Made by a program: the position numbers and the translations under genes. A stretch of 61,686 nucleotides of DNA, the filler included, from Squatina squatina (Eukaryota): NCBI GenBank assembly GCA_031763465.1. It is 4 parts of 4 records of this genome, joined end to end, with 100 filler letters (N's around TTAATTAATTAA, not from the genome) between each part and the next. Parts side by side here need not be neighbours in the genome. Positions count along the whole stretch, not along the records: positions 1 to 14,091 come from JARFOE010000234.1; positions 14,192 to 29,534 come from JARFOE010000219.1; 2 more parts are not named here. One strand, 5' to 3'. A model generated the notes under the pieces. It searched no databases. It worked only from the letters and a program-made list of their open reading frames with translations, and was not told the DNA's origin. The first letter of the stretch is position 1. The number at the start of each line of letters is the position of its first letter. Shown in pieces: positions 10,257 to 23,046 of this stretch.

Positions 10257-11492
10257 AAAAAAGGAGAGGGGGGCACGGGGAGGGTTGCAATATTGTTTAA
10301 AGAAACAATTACAGGATGATATGTTGGAGGGATCATCAAATGAGGCCATATGGGTTGAACTGAAGAACAAAAAAGTGGCAATCACACTGCTGGGAGTGTA
10401 CTATAGACCCCCAAACAGTCAGAGGGAGATAGAAGAGCAAATATGCAGGCAAATTTCTGAGAAGTGCAAAAATAGGGCAGTAATAGTAGGGGATTTCAGC
10501 TTCCCTAATATTAACTGGGATAGATTTAATGTGAAAGGAATAGAGGGCGCAGAATTCTTAAAATGCATTCAGGAGAACTTTCTAGTCAGTACGTAGCAAG
10601 CCCAACAAGAGAGGGGGTGGTTCTGGACTTCGTTTTAGGGAATGAAGCTGAGCAGGTGGAAAGAGTATCAGTGGGAGAGCATTTTGATGGAAGTGACAAT
10701 AATTCAGTTAGATTTAGGGTAGTTGTGGAAAAGGACAAGGAAAGAGCAGGAATAAAAGTTCTCAATTGGGGAAAAGCTATTTTTGCTAAGCTGAGATGTG
10801 ATTTTGCTAAAGTGGACTGGAGACAGAAACATGAGGGTAAATCAGTGTCAGAGCAGTGGGAGGCATTCAAGGAGGAGACAGTGAGAGATCAGAGCAAGTA
10901 TGTTCCCTTAAACAAAGAGGGTGTATCTAACAAATTTAGAGCCTCCCCGGATGTCAAGGGACATAGAGGTTAGGATAAAGGAAAAAAGGGAAGCTTATGA
11001 CAGACACCGAGATTTCAATGCTGCAGAAACCCTAGAGGAGTATAGAAAGTGCAGGGGTGAAGTTAAAAAGGAAATTAGGAAACAAAAGAGAGTGGATGAA
11101 AAAATATTGGCAAGTAAAATCAAGGAAAACCCAAAGATGTTTTATAAATACATTAAGAACAAGAGGATAACTAAAGAAAGAGTAGGAGCTATTAGTGGCC
11201 ATAAAGGTAACCTGTGTGTGGAGGCGGAAGACATGGGTATGTTTCCTAATGAATACTTTGTGTTTGTTTTCACAAAAGAGAGGGACAATGCAGACATTGC
11301 AATCAGGGAGGAGTGTGAAATATTCGATGAAATAAGCATAGTGAGAGAGGTAAGCATAGTGAGAGAGGAAGTATTTAAGGGGTTTAGCATCCTTGAAAGT
11401 GGATAAACCACAGGCCCAGATGAAATATATATCAGGCTGTTAGGAGAAGCAAGGGAGGAAATAGCAGAGGCTCTGGCCATCATTTTCCAATC
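10257..11492 (+). mobile_element. CR1 LINE ORF2 fragment (AP endonuclease to tether), frameshifted
   Basis: GVYYRPPNS, IVGDFSFPNINW, PTREGVVLDFVL and KENPKMFYKYIKNKR motifs spread over three frames. Confidence 0.92.
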
Positions 11493-12061
11493 NNNNNNNN
11501 NNNNNNNNNNNNNNNNNNNNNNNNNNNNNNNNNNNNNNNNNNNNNNNNNNNNNNNNNNNNNNNNNNNNNNNNNNNNNNNNNNNNNNNNNNNNCAGCAACA
11601 CTGGTTGCTGCATCCGTGCTGCTGTGTGACTGAAACAGCTGAGTTTGCTCTTTAATGTCACTCTTTTGTTCCTTGCTGGGCATCTGCTGAGAAATGATAT
11701 ATCAAAGTGAAACCTAGTTACTGGCAAAGAGAAAACAGCAGGAACCCCATGTTCACAAGAGAATATAAAAAGTTACAATTATTATTTTTTAAAAGGAACA
11801 TCTTTGTAACTGAAGGCAGCTACAGCGGAGATCCAGCGGTTGATTTTAAGGAAGTGTGAACCAGGCAAGGAGCTTCACTTGCCAGAGCACATACAGGGAA
11901 ATCACAGGCACACTGCCAAATGACAGAAAACAGTGGGACTCGTGATTTCCCAAATACGCACTCCACTATAGGCGAAGCTCCTCACCTGGAGCAGTTGTAA
12001 ACTTGGTCCGCCTGTGTCTAGTACCATCTAAACTTCACATAGGCCCATTCAGGAAGTTTAC

Positions 12062-12183
12062 CTTTTCCCCTGGGGTCAAGTCTCCAATGGGAATATCAGG
12101 AAGCAAAGCAGGGTGAGAATCATCACACATCTCAGTATCATCAAGGGTGACGTGAGTTGTCTGAGTGAGGTTGGCATCCTGGC
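12062..12183 (-). CDS. TRAPPC11: TRAPPC11 exon
   Basis: 122 nt, [45 protein letters not shown], versus recalled human [14 protein letters not shown]...DIPVGDLHPGEQ. Confidence 0.92.
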
Positions 12184-12512
12184 CTGAAAATAGTGCAGAA
12201 AACATAATTTTTGATGTTGGTAACCTGGTAAAGTTAATTACAGAAAGCCAATGAGTAAGCAGCCTTTTTAGATAGAAAACTCAAATTACTAGCTTGGATA
12301 AGTCAAACTCTATTATAGTGCACAAGAACCAAGTAGTTGAGGCCCATCGCTATTTCTGCTTTAGCTGCCAAATGTACATTTGCGCCCCTTACCATGCAAA
12401 TGGGAAGACAGAAGATAAGGGGAACAAATGGTGCGTTGCAGATCCTAGCATCCATCCTGTTTCAATTCATAAGAAACTAGCCGAAATAATAGTTATTATA
12501 CATCAAATTCAT

Positions 12513-12986
12513 TCATTCGCAATAAGGTAGACAAATTAACAGCGCAAATAGATGTAAACGGGCACGATATAATTGCAATTATGGAGACGTGGCTGCAGGG
12601 TGACTACGGCTGGGAACTGAATATGCAAGGGCATTCGATATTCAGGAAGGACAGGCAAAGATGAAAAGGAAGTGGGGTGGCGTTGTTAGTAAAGGATGAA
12701 ATCAGTGCAATGGTGATAAAGGATATTGGCTCAGAAAATCAAGATGTAGATTCAGTCTGCTAAGAAGCACCAAGGGGCAGAAAACACTGGTGGGAGTTGT
12801 CTATAGACCTCCAAACAGTAGTGCTAATGTAGGGGATGGCATTAAACAGGAAATTAGAGAGCATATAATAAGGGTGCAACAGTAATCATGGGTGACTTTA
12901 ATCTACATGTAGACTGGCCAAACCAAATTAGCAATAATACTGTGGAGGATGAATTCCTGGAGTGTGTACGAGATGGTTTTTTAGAC
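12513..12986 (+). mobile_element. CR1 LINE ORF2 N-terminal endonuclease fragment
   Basis: IRNKVDKL...DIIAIMETWL...FRKDR...GVALLV...GVVYRPPNS...MGDFNLHVDW, with stops and frameshifts. Confidence 0.9.
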
Positions 12987-13643
12987 NNNNNNNNNNNNNN
13001 NNNNNNNNNNNNNNNNNNNNNNNNNNNNNNNNNNNNNNNNNNNNNNNNNNNNNNNNNNNNNNNNNNNNNNNNNNNNNNNNNNNNNNTTCTCTTTTGTTCT
13101 TTCCTCCCCTCCCCCCTTTAAAGTTAACAATGTTTTGCCGACTAAGTTTTAGAAGCTCGATTGGCTGACCTTTAGTTAAAGCTTGCTGATCTATTGAAGA
13201 TCCCGACAAGAAAGAGAGTTTAAAATCAGATGAAGAATGCTTAAGTGAACATTTGGAGGGGTGTTTACAAACAATAGCATCATAAAATGAGCATTTTAGA
13301 ATGTTTCAAGTTTAAGCTTGCATGACAAAGGATAGTAAGGGCCCTGATTCCACCCCAGCCTCTACTGAGCTTTCCATTCTGAGCCCCACAATTCAGGATG
13401 GACCCAGGTTGCATCCCCAGCATGTGCTCGGTTAGGTTTATCTTTGACAATACTCTCTGCCTGAATGGGACTCTCTCATCAGAAGCCAACACAACTAACA
13501 TCATACAAGCAGCTTAACATTAGCACCACTGCTCTTTGCCCCGGACATAAAATGGAAACTTTTATTGGCAGCATCAAATCTGTGAATAAGGTACTTTGGC
13601 TGGAGCTAGTGCATTAAACAAACTAATCCTTTCTTATACTCAC

Positions 13644-13831
13644 ATGGTGCTTGCCTGTATTGCAACACTATCCCAGCATACTTCATCATCAGGCAATTTT
13701 GGTTGTCGTTTAAAGGATCGAGTGGCCTGCAAAGCCTCCTGGCTCGATGCAGCGTCTCCTCCTCCACCCCTCCAGTTAAGTATCACACACCTACCGGTGT
13801 CACTGCCGAGGACCAGGTCTACAGAAGTAAT
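13644..13831 (-). CDS. TRAPPC11: TRAPPC11 exon
   Basis: 188 nt, [70 protein letters not shown](M). Confidence 0.92.
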
Positions 13832-14091
13832 CTAAGAGCACAGGTAGACAAAATGTCCACCGATTTTAGCATCACAGCTTATTCAGCAAACCACGGCTTT
13901 TTATGAAGATTTTTGGAATTATATCTTTCATCAAATGTCAGTACAAATCAATCTTGCAATTTTTCAAGAGATAAAATTATCACGATGGACTATCAAAATA
14001 TCCTGGGTTCTAACAGCCTATCGTGAACATTTTTTTTAATACGCAACATATACAAAAGTTTAACAATAAGCTATGCATTAGATGCGAGAAA

Positions 14092-14191
14092 NNNNNNNNN
14101 NNNNNNNNNNNNNNNNNNNNNNNNNNNNNNNNNNNTTAATTAATTAANNNNNNNNNNNNNNNNNNNNNNNNNNNNNNNNNNNNNNNNNNNN
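14092..14191. other. Artificial join spacer (N44-TTAATTAATTAA-N44)
   Basis: Six-frame stop linker centred in 100 nt, with unrelated loci on either side. Confidence 0.95.
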
Positions 14192-14618
14192 TTAGAGGCC
14201 TGCCTGAATGTGGTATCAGGTGGGCCTTGGGCATCAAAAGGGCAGCCAAGTTCACCACCCTCCCCCATTTTTGACTGCTGATTTCTCCTTTGTTTTATCT
14301 GTTGCTAAGAATTGCAATCAGCCAGCTTACTTGGGTGATGTGGGTTCACAAAAGGCAGTGATGTCACAGCCATCATTCTCGAGTAGTTCCTTTATAGCTC
14401 CAGTCAAGTTTTCTACCCATGTTTATTGAGGTCTTCAGCTTATGCTTAAAAGCCCAAGTGTAAAATTCTGTATTGCTCTTTATCGATGCTTAGTATTTCA
14501 TTGTTTAGGACAGAAGTGATGTAAATTCTGCCTACAAAATAAAGTATATTAATATTATCCATAAGTTCCACTCTTAAGTTATTAAAAAGACTCTTGGATT
14601 TTTTTTCTTTGTTGATAG

Positions 14619-14872
14619 GATATGATGAATTTAATGCTGTGGACTTCAGTGGTACATTCTTCATCAATACTGAACGAGATGATGACTATGCTGGATTTGT
14701 ATTTGGGTACCAGTCCAGCAGTCGCTTCTATGTGGTAATGTGGAAGCAGATCACACAGACTTACTGGCATGAATCACCAACCAAAGCACAGGGATATGCT
14801 GGACTCTCTATCAAAGTGGTGAACTCTACAACTGGTCCAGGAGAGCACTTGCGTAATGCACTCTGGCACACT
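14619..14872 (+). CDS. THBS1: Thrombospondin-1 C-terminal domain exon, truncated by a gap
   Basis: [44 protein letters not shown]...[23 protein letters not shown] and INTER residues are THBS1-type. Confidence 0.93.
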
Positions 14873-15959
14873 NNNNNNNNNNNNNNNNNNNNNNNNNNNN
14901 NNNNNNNNNNNNNNNNNNNNNNNNNNNNNNNNNNNNNNNNNNNNNNNNNNNNNNNNNNNNNNNNNNNNNNNNNNNNNNNNNNNNNNNNNNNNNNNNNNNN
15001 NNNNNNNNNNNNNNNNNNNNNNNNNNNNNNNNNNNNNNNNNNNNNNNNNNNNNNNNNNNNNNNNNNNNNNNNNNNNNNNNNNNNNNNNNNNNNNNNNNNN
15101 NNNNNNNNNNNNNNNNNNNNNNNNNNNNNNNNNNNNNNNNNNNNNNNNNNNNNNNNNNNNNNNNNNNNNNNNNNNNNNNNNNNNNNNNNNNNNNNNNNNN
15201 NNNNNNNNNNNNNNNNNNNNNNNNNNNNNNNNNNNNNNNNNNNNNNNNNNNNNNNNNNNNNNNNNNNNNNNNNNNNNNNNNNNNNNNNNNNNNNNNNNNN
15301 NNNNNNNNNNNNNNNNNNNNNNNNNNNNNNNNNNNNNNNNNNNNNNNNNNNNNNNNNNNNNNNNNNNNNNNNNNNNNNNNNNNNNNNNNNNNNNNNNNNN
15401 NNNNNNNNNNNNNNNNNNNNNNNNNNNNNNNNNNNNNNNNNNNNNNNNNNNNNNNNNNNNNNNNNNNNNNNNNNNNNNNNNNNNNNNNNNNNNNNNNNNN
15501 NNNNNNNNNNNNNNNNNNNNNNNNNNNNNNNNNNNNNNNNNNNNNNNNNNNNNNNNNNNNNNNNNNNNNNNNNNNNNNNNNNNNNNNNNNNNNNNNNNNN
15601 NNNNNNNNNNNNNNNNNNNNNNNNNNNNNNNNNNNNNNNNNNNNNNNNNNNNNNNNNNNNNNNNNNNNNNNNNNNNNNNNNNNNNNNNNNNNNNNNNNNN
15701 NNNNNNNNNNNNNNNNNNNNNNNNNNNNNNNNNNNNNNNNNNNNNNNNNNNNNNNNNNNNNNNNNNNNNNNNNNNNNNNNNNNNNNNNNNNNNNNNNNNN
15801 NNNNNNNNNNNNNNNNNNNTGAGAATACATCATTTTACTTGAATCATATTAGGAAGAGATTGGCTGTTGAGTCCCGACAATAAATTGTAGATTGAGTTGC
15901 TTTGGACAGTGAAGAATTCTGCAGTTAAGTTTTCTTCCATCAGATAGCTGATTATTTGA

Positions 15960-16133
<174 letters not shown>

Positions 16134-16424
16134 TGAAAAACAAATTGCTGCTCACTGCCAGATTTCATAAAGAGTATTAATCTTTAATGTGCTAATCATG
16201 TGTGCGTGTTCCTTGCTAATTCAACATGGCAAAGCTTAACCGAGAATAGGTATTTCCTGTAAAAGTGGATATTAATAAATCCCCTTTTTGTGAATGAGAA
16301 CGTTGTTGTTTTAGTAAAATTACATGAAAGCTAGAGAGCCATGCAGACCTGAGAATATGATAATATTGCATTTGAGACAAGGTCTCCCTGGACTGTAACT
16401 GACTTTACTGTCTTCTTTTTACAG

Positions 16425-16432
16425 ATTCATAA
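16425..16432 (+). CDS. THBS1: Thrombospondin-1 last coding bases (D-S-stop)
   Basis: Strong acceptor tcttctttttacAG, then AT TCA TAA, completing ECRDS*. Confidence 0.85.
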
Positions 16433-18585
16433 TGTCAGCATTCCTGGATGTGAATGTTTAAAAGCTNNNNNNNNNNNNNNNNNNNNNNNNNNNNNNNNNN
16501 NNNNNNNNNNNNNNNNNNNNNNNNNNNNNNNNNNNNNNNNNNNNNNNNNNNNNNNNNNNNNNNNNNNNNNNNNNNNNNNNNNNNNNNNNNNNNNNNNNNN
16601 NNNNNNNNNNNNNNNNNNNNNNNNNNNNNNNNNNNNNNNNNNNNNNNNNNNNNNNNNNNNNNNNNNNNNNNNNNNNNNNNNNNNNNNNNNNNNNNNNNNN
16701 NNNNNNNNNNNNNNNNNNNNNNNNNNNNNNNNNNNNNNNNNNNNNNNNNNNNNNNNNNNNNNNNNNNNNNNNNNNNNNNNNNNNNNNNNNNNNNNNNNNN
16801 NNNNNNNNNNNNNNNNNNNNNNNNNNNNNNNNNNNNNNNNNNNNNNNNNNNNNNNNNNNNNNNNNNNNNNNNNNNNNNNNNNNNNACAAATCCTGGGACC
16901 ATTGTTTCCTTCTTCCTTGTTTTCCCTTTTCGTCGTGGAATTAAAAGCACACGACCTGCATCGGCTGGTAAAACTCACTGGATGTTATCAACATAAAATA
17001 CAGCAATAAGTCTGCAAGGAAATTACTCCCTATATCACAACTGACTATCGCAATCACATAAAAATACCTCTGTTACATCTGGAAAGAGCTTTACTCAGCA
17101 AGTCGTTAGTCATTCCAGTCCTACTACATCTCATAGCTGGAGGTCCCATGGAAGGAGATTGCACACTGTTAATGAGACTATCTCTGCTGTGGACTGTTAT
17201 GAAAAAAAAAAATGAGAGCCATATGTGGTGAAAAGATAACTGTCTGAGGTTTAAATGAACAGCATAAAGAATTTACAAAAGGGTGGGGAGAAGAACTGTA
17301 GGATTTTCTCGTATGTGAAAACTATCTGGAAGAAACCATGGAGGAACTATTACTTTTTTTTTGGTACTGGACCTTATTTGTTTCTTTGTCAATAAATTAA
17401 TATTACTCATGTGCATATATGAGCAGCATTAGCTAGTTGATTCCATGTAAAGTGAAAATCTAATTCCCCCTCTCACCCAGTCCCCGCCCAATCAAGCCAG
17501 CACTCTCTCAATTTACGTGCTGACCAAAGTAAGCCAGAGGCTGGAAAATGTATCTTCAGGTCCAGTTGCCAGGAAGAATAGTGGAAGATCACACATAGCC
17601 ATGGTTCCTATAGGACAGCACTGCTATCAACTGGTGCTTTCATTCCAAGTGAAGCTAGTCTGATAGTAGCAAGTAAGTTAGAAGAGCAGTCAGAGAGCAC
17701 CTATGCTGGCCTCCATGGAAAGGGCATTTGCTTTGAAAACTATGGTTCTAAAAGGCACAAGCAGACAGTTGAAAGAGACTGCTCTTCTCTTTAATCTTTG
17801 CCAAAGTGGCAAATTGTTCTGCCTTATAGATTAAAAAATAAAGCAATTTTTAATGTCATAAATTTATTTATTTTCTTATCCTGGATGAAATAAGATTGAA
17901 GGACACTTTAAAAAGAAAAGGCGGCAGACTATCCATGAGAGTTTATCACTAGTCTTTGTGTGCATTGTAAGATTGTAAATACAGTGATTATTTATTAACA
18001 TTGTTCTATATTGATGCTAGCTAGTTTTAGGATTTTTTTTGGGTTTGTTTGAAAGTTGTGTCCTACCTATTGTTTGTAAAGGGCAGCCTATGGTGAAGCT
18101 GAAAGTGGGGGACTAGTCTGTAATTAGTGTGTTTCTTGCAGGCCAGTGGGCCTTAGAATGCAGTTCTCTTCATTCTGCTTAACAGAGTAGCCCTTTTAGA
18201 AGAGCCTAGAAGCTGGGTTTTTTTTTCTTCAACCACTTGTGCACTTGGTGCATGTGGATCTATATCTTTTCCAAAAAGTGAAAAAGGTGAAACTTCTCTA
18301 TGTACAAATATTACCTCATTTGTTGTATGATCGATAAGAACCTTTGGATCAAGCAGCAGAAAACCTTGCTCACGTGTCTAAAGTCTCTCGAAGCTACTGT
18401 AGTATAAAAGGCTGTGTACATAGTCAAAAATTTATTTTTGCAGAAGAAAAATGTATTGCCCCAGTAAGGAAACGGCATTGAAAACAACAGGTTTTCTCAT
18501 GTTCCGGGTGTAGTTTTTTTCTCCCCAAACTTCTTGTATGTCATTGCTTTTTTTTAAATAAAAGTTTGTATAAATTATTGAGTTT
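16433..18585 (+). promoter_or_regulatory. THBS1 3'UTR with AU-rich elements and polyA signal
   Basis: No recognisable repeats, AT-rich. TTATTTATT at 17864 and 17988, TGTAAATA at 17974, AATAAA at 17837 and 18557. The 3' end is inferred. Confidence 0.65.
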
Positions 18586-18735
18586 CTCAGTTGCAACTTG
18601 TAACATTAAGCAGGTAAACAAATCTCATTATTTTGNNNNNNNNNNNNNNNNNNNNNNNNNNNNNNNNNNNNNNNNNNNNNNNNNNNNNNNNNNNNNNNNN
18701 NNNNNNNNNNNNNNNNNNNNNNNNNNNNNNNNNNN

Positions 18736-18920
18736 TTTCAAGGAGGCTTTGAGGATGTCCTTGAAGCGTTTCCTGTGCCCTCCTGATAATCGCTTGCGGG
18801 GACTAAGCTCGGAGTACTTGTTTCGGGAATCTTGTATCAGGCATGCGGACGATATGGCCCGCCCAGCGCAGCTGATTGAGTGTGGTGCTGGGGATGTTGA
18901 CCTGAGAGAGGGCACTGACA
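18736..18920 (-). mobile_element. RTE-clade LINE 3' ORF fragment
   Basis: YSELSPRKRLSGGHRKRFKDILKASLK, typical of the RTE C-terminal region. Confidence 0.8.
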
Positions 18921-19214
18921 ATTTAATTAGCAGCTAGAATAAAGCCTATCCTAAATTCCAGATCAAACAACCTGACCTGGTCCTGCAGACAGTTCAGCAT
19001 AGATTTGCAGATCATTGTTAATTTAATGCTAGTGTTAAAATAGTGATGATAAAATATAGGCTTTCATTTCCAGATCCAAATTTTGAAATTGGGTGAGGCA
19101 AGACAGTTTCTATTTTGACACTAGCTCTTTCATAACTGTACGAGATAAAACTGTGAAGTCTGCTATATTGTCACATTAGTTTCAAACTTCACTCCAAAAT
19201 TTGAGGATATGGAA

Positions 19215-19530
19215 TCCATACTGACACTCCAGTGCAGTACTGAGGGAATTCTGCATTGTCACCGGTGCTAGCCTTCAGATGACAAATTAAACTGCATGCC
19301 TGTTCCAGTGGATTAGGTTGATGTTAAAAGATCCCATGATATTCTTCAAAGCGGCAGTATTCCTGGTGTCCTGTACAACATTCCTCCCTCAATCACCAAA
19401 AATAGATGAACTAGCTCATTTTATCGAGGTTAGTGGGATATGCTATGCAGTAAATAAGTGCCACATTTACCAATATAACAGTCACTGCACTTCAAAGTAA
19501 TTCATTATATGTGAAGTGCTTTGGAATGCT
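19215..19530 (+). mobile_element. SacSINE1-like DeuSINE
   Basis: ctgacactccagtgcagtactgaggga...aaagatcccatg...ggtgtcctg...cacttcaaagtaattcatt. Confidence 0.8.
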
Positions 19531-21098
19531 TCCGACAAAGGAAGAAAAACACACATTGGTTTCCCACACCACTTCCAACTGGTGTTTCATTGTCCAGCAG
19601 CAATAATACTATGTAAATAGCACAATGTGCTACACAATCGGGTCAAAAACCTTTTACATCTGATGTATTGCTTGGGAGCCCCACAGTTTTCATAAGGATG
19701 AAGGCAGATGTTTTATAGACCCACTGATTTATTATCTTTGCTTTATTTTGAAATAATCAATTATGTTTATGTTCCTCACAAAAGCTCCATCATGTTAGTT
19801 TAGTGCTTTTCCAAAACATTTAAATCTCTCTCAATTTAATCTCTCAAATTCTTCTCATTTCCATTCAATTCAGTACTTTTTTAAATAAACGATCAATTGG
19901 AAAGTTCAGAATTTCAACATAAGATAATTTGCTTGTCTGTTTCCCTGTATTTTGTTTAGTATGAATATAAAAGTATTCTTCTTGTGCCCAGTGTTGCCCT
20001 GAGATGCTATGTGGCTGTTTATAAAATGGCATCNNNNNNNNNNNNNNNNNNNNNNNNNNNNNNNNNNNNNNNNNNNNNNNNNNNNNNNNNNNNNNNNNNN
20101 NNNNNNNNNNNNNNNNNNNNNNNNNNNNNNNNNNNNNNNNNNNNNNNNNNNNNNNNNNNNNNNNNNNNNNNNNNNNNNNNNNNNNNNNNNNNNNNNNNNN
20201 NNNNNNNNNNNNNNNNNNNNNNNNNNNNNNNNNNNNNNNNNNNNNNNNNNNNNNNNNNNNNNNNNNNNNNNNNNNNNNNNNNNNNNNNNNNNNNNNNNNN
20301 NNNNNNNNNNNNNNNNNNNNNNNNNNNNNNNNNNNNNNNNNNNNNNNNNNNNNNNNNNNNNNNNNNGGAGGACTGAGTGCAAGATTCTTCCTAGATGTGT
20401 TATGATTTTTGCTTTAAATATTACTCTTGCTTGAACACAACAGGTGAGGGAACATCAGTGCTGAAGAATGGACCTCTTTTCACTTTGAGCATCCAATGCC
20501 AAAATTAAATACTCCCAGGTAAAGTAGGTCCAGGTGTGGACTGGCTTCCCCGAAAGGGTGCACGATTTTTCAGGATTGGGCTGCCAATAATGCAGTGCTC
20601 TGGGACCATTCATAGAGGCACTCAAGGAATCTCCCCATTTTCCAAATGGCTAATGATCCCTTGAATATATTACAGGTAAATGCATAGTAAAGCACCCTCC
20701 ACTTTGTACCTCTGCCCTAGTTTTAGAAGAGCTTCTCCTACTCCTATCAGTGTGCCAGTTCCATTTCTCACGCTCACTATTTATGCCCTCCTCATGAAGA
20801 TTTTTAGAAAGGTTAATTTGGTACATTTCAAATGCTAGGCATATTCAATAGAATTTGAGAATCCTATAGCACTGTCTCATACATTGTCTCAATTAAAATA
20901 TATTCCTGACAGATAAATGACCATTTATTTCTTTTGTTAAAGAAATGCAACTCAAAGGGTTATTGTTAATGAGGATGAGATTAGCATAGGATTCCAGTGG
21001 AACCTATGAAGCATCCTCAGTACATCACTCTGGACCACTTAGCATTGCATTCTTTTCAGAAAGCTATTGACAGCCGATGATTTGTGTTCACTCATTCC

Positions 21099-21299
21099 GT
21101 AAGCGTCAGTTCTATAGGGTTAGTCTGCATTGTTCATTCTATTTCAGTNNNNNNNNNNNNNNNNNNNNNNNNNNNNNNNNNNNNNNNNNNNNNNNNNNNN
21201 NNNNNNNNNNNNNNNNNNNNNNNNNNNNNNNNNNNNNNNNNNNNNNNNGTAAGCGTCAGTTATATAGGGTTTGTCTGCTTTGTTCATTATATTTCAGTT
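21099..21299 (+). repeat. ~50-bp direct repeat on both sides of a gap
   Basis: gtaagcgtcagtt(c/a)tatagggtt(a/t)gtctgc(a/t)ttgttcatt(c/a)tatttcagt at 21099 and 21249. Confidence 0.7.
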
Positions 21300-22220
21300 T
21301 TGAGCCTGCACTAATTTAAGTCCAAAAAAATCACATGAAAGGATTGCCTAAGCACAGATTCATTTGTTGATGAAGACCCAAAAGCTGAAAAGCTGCAGCT
21401 GACAACTGTTGGTGGAACAATCTCGCTGTCCCAGACAGAACTCAGAAGGGTAAACAAGACCATAAAAGCTCTTTAATGACTGCATAAAGGTGAAGTAGGC
21501 AGGGTCACTGCAGCCTGTCATTAAGAGGAGGCTATAATTACTCTGACGGCACGTTGATGGAACAACGAGTTCAATCTCAAGTACCACAACTCTCACTGCA
21601 AGTACTGCTCAGAACAAATTCAGAGTCTCTGTCTTGCGTCTCTGCAATGACCTTTCAGCAGGAATCCAATGCACGTTGTTATCAGCAGATCCCCACACCC
21701 TGTTTCCTGCTGAACCAATTGACCCTTGTCCCCCTTTCCTCCAAAAGGTTTTGTTCTTAACTGCATTCCACATTCCACATTCCACATGGGACTATAGGAT
21801 AGATCTTAAACCTCAGCTGGATGCAGCTGAAATTCCTAGTTATCAATGTCTGGTATATTCCTGCTGTGAATCCTGGCTTAGAGTTCAGACATTCAGGAAG
21901 TATCTGTCTAAGAATTACAGCTGCTTATTTTCTATTAAAATTGTGCAAAATAGTTTGAACATCCCAGCCTTATAACTCTTCGTCACTATCCTAAATTTTT
22001 AACAATTGCTCTTACAGGCTGAAAAGCATGATACACTTCTTAAGACATTATTGGACCTACTTCAAAGTTGCAGAAATAGAACAGGAGCAATACGCACAGT
22101 TTGTATAACTGTCATGAATANNNNNNNNNNNNNNNNNNNNNNNNNNNNNNNNNNNNNNNNNNNNNNNNNNNNNNNNNNNNNNNNNNNNNNNNNNNNNNNN
22201 NNNNNNNNNNNNNNNNNNNN

Positions 22221-22628
22221 ACGTAGAAAGTTTGTGGGTTCAAGGCCCACTCCAGATACATTGAATACATAATCCAGGCTGACACTCCAATGCAGTACTG
22301 AGAGAGTGCTGCACTGCCGGAGATGCTGTCTTTCAGATGAGACGTTCAACCCAAACCTATCTGCCCTCTCAGTTTGATGTAAAGGATCCCACAGCACTAT
22401 TTCCAAGAAGAGCAGGGGAGTTCTCCCAGGTGTCCTGAGCCAATATTTATCCCTCAACCATCATCATTAAAAGAACAGATGAGCTGGCCTTGACACATTG
22501 CTGTTTGTGGGTGCTTGCTATGTGCAAATTGGCTGCCACCTTTCCTATATTACGTCTGTGACTACATTGCATTGGTTGTGAAGCACTTTGAGGTCATAAC
22601 CTACGAAAAGTGCCATATAAATGCAAGG
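22221..22628 (+). mobile_element. SacSINE1-like DeuSINE, near full length
   Basis: B-box-like gggttcaaggccc, Deu core (gctgacactcc..cagtactgag..gaagagcaggggagttctccc) and the tail tatataaatgcaag. Confidence 0.88.
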
Positions 22629-22862
22629 ACTTGTTTTTAGTGGTAGGGGAATTAAGAGCAAGGGGGCAGAATCTGAGAACGCAAGCTAAGCCAGTTAAAA
22701 TCAAATCCAGGAAAACTCTTCACACAGGAGGTCGGGGCAGGTGTGAAGTGTTAAAATACTTGCTCCTGTCTCTAACTGGCTGCGCTGGGTATCTGCGTGA
22801 TGAATGGACAAACCAGGTGAGACCCAACAACCAGAGAGGAACCAGCGGGAAAGGTTAAGAGA

Positions 22863-23046
22863 AACAACTGGCATTTATATGGCCCTTTTCACAACCTCAG
22901 GATGGCCCCAAACCCTCCCCTTCCTCCAGTGCCTGTGGGACTTTTCACATTCTGAGAGGGCAGATGAGGCTTAATGTTTCATTCAAAAGACAGCACATCC
23001 AACAGTGCAGCATTCCCTCAGGACTGCACTGGAGTGTCAGCCTAGA
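22863..23046 (-). mobile_element. SacSINE1-like DeuSINE, internally deleted
   Basis: Reverse complement of tail (gcatttatat...cacaacctcagga) and core (cattccctcaggactgcactggagtgtcagcct). Confidence 0.75.

Noticed and set aside
11593-11690. Possible extra minus-strand exon inside TRAPPC11 (MPSKEQKSD...)
   Set aside because: No similarity to TRAPPC11 and the end is lost in a gap.
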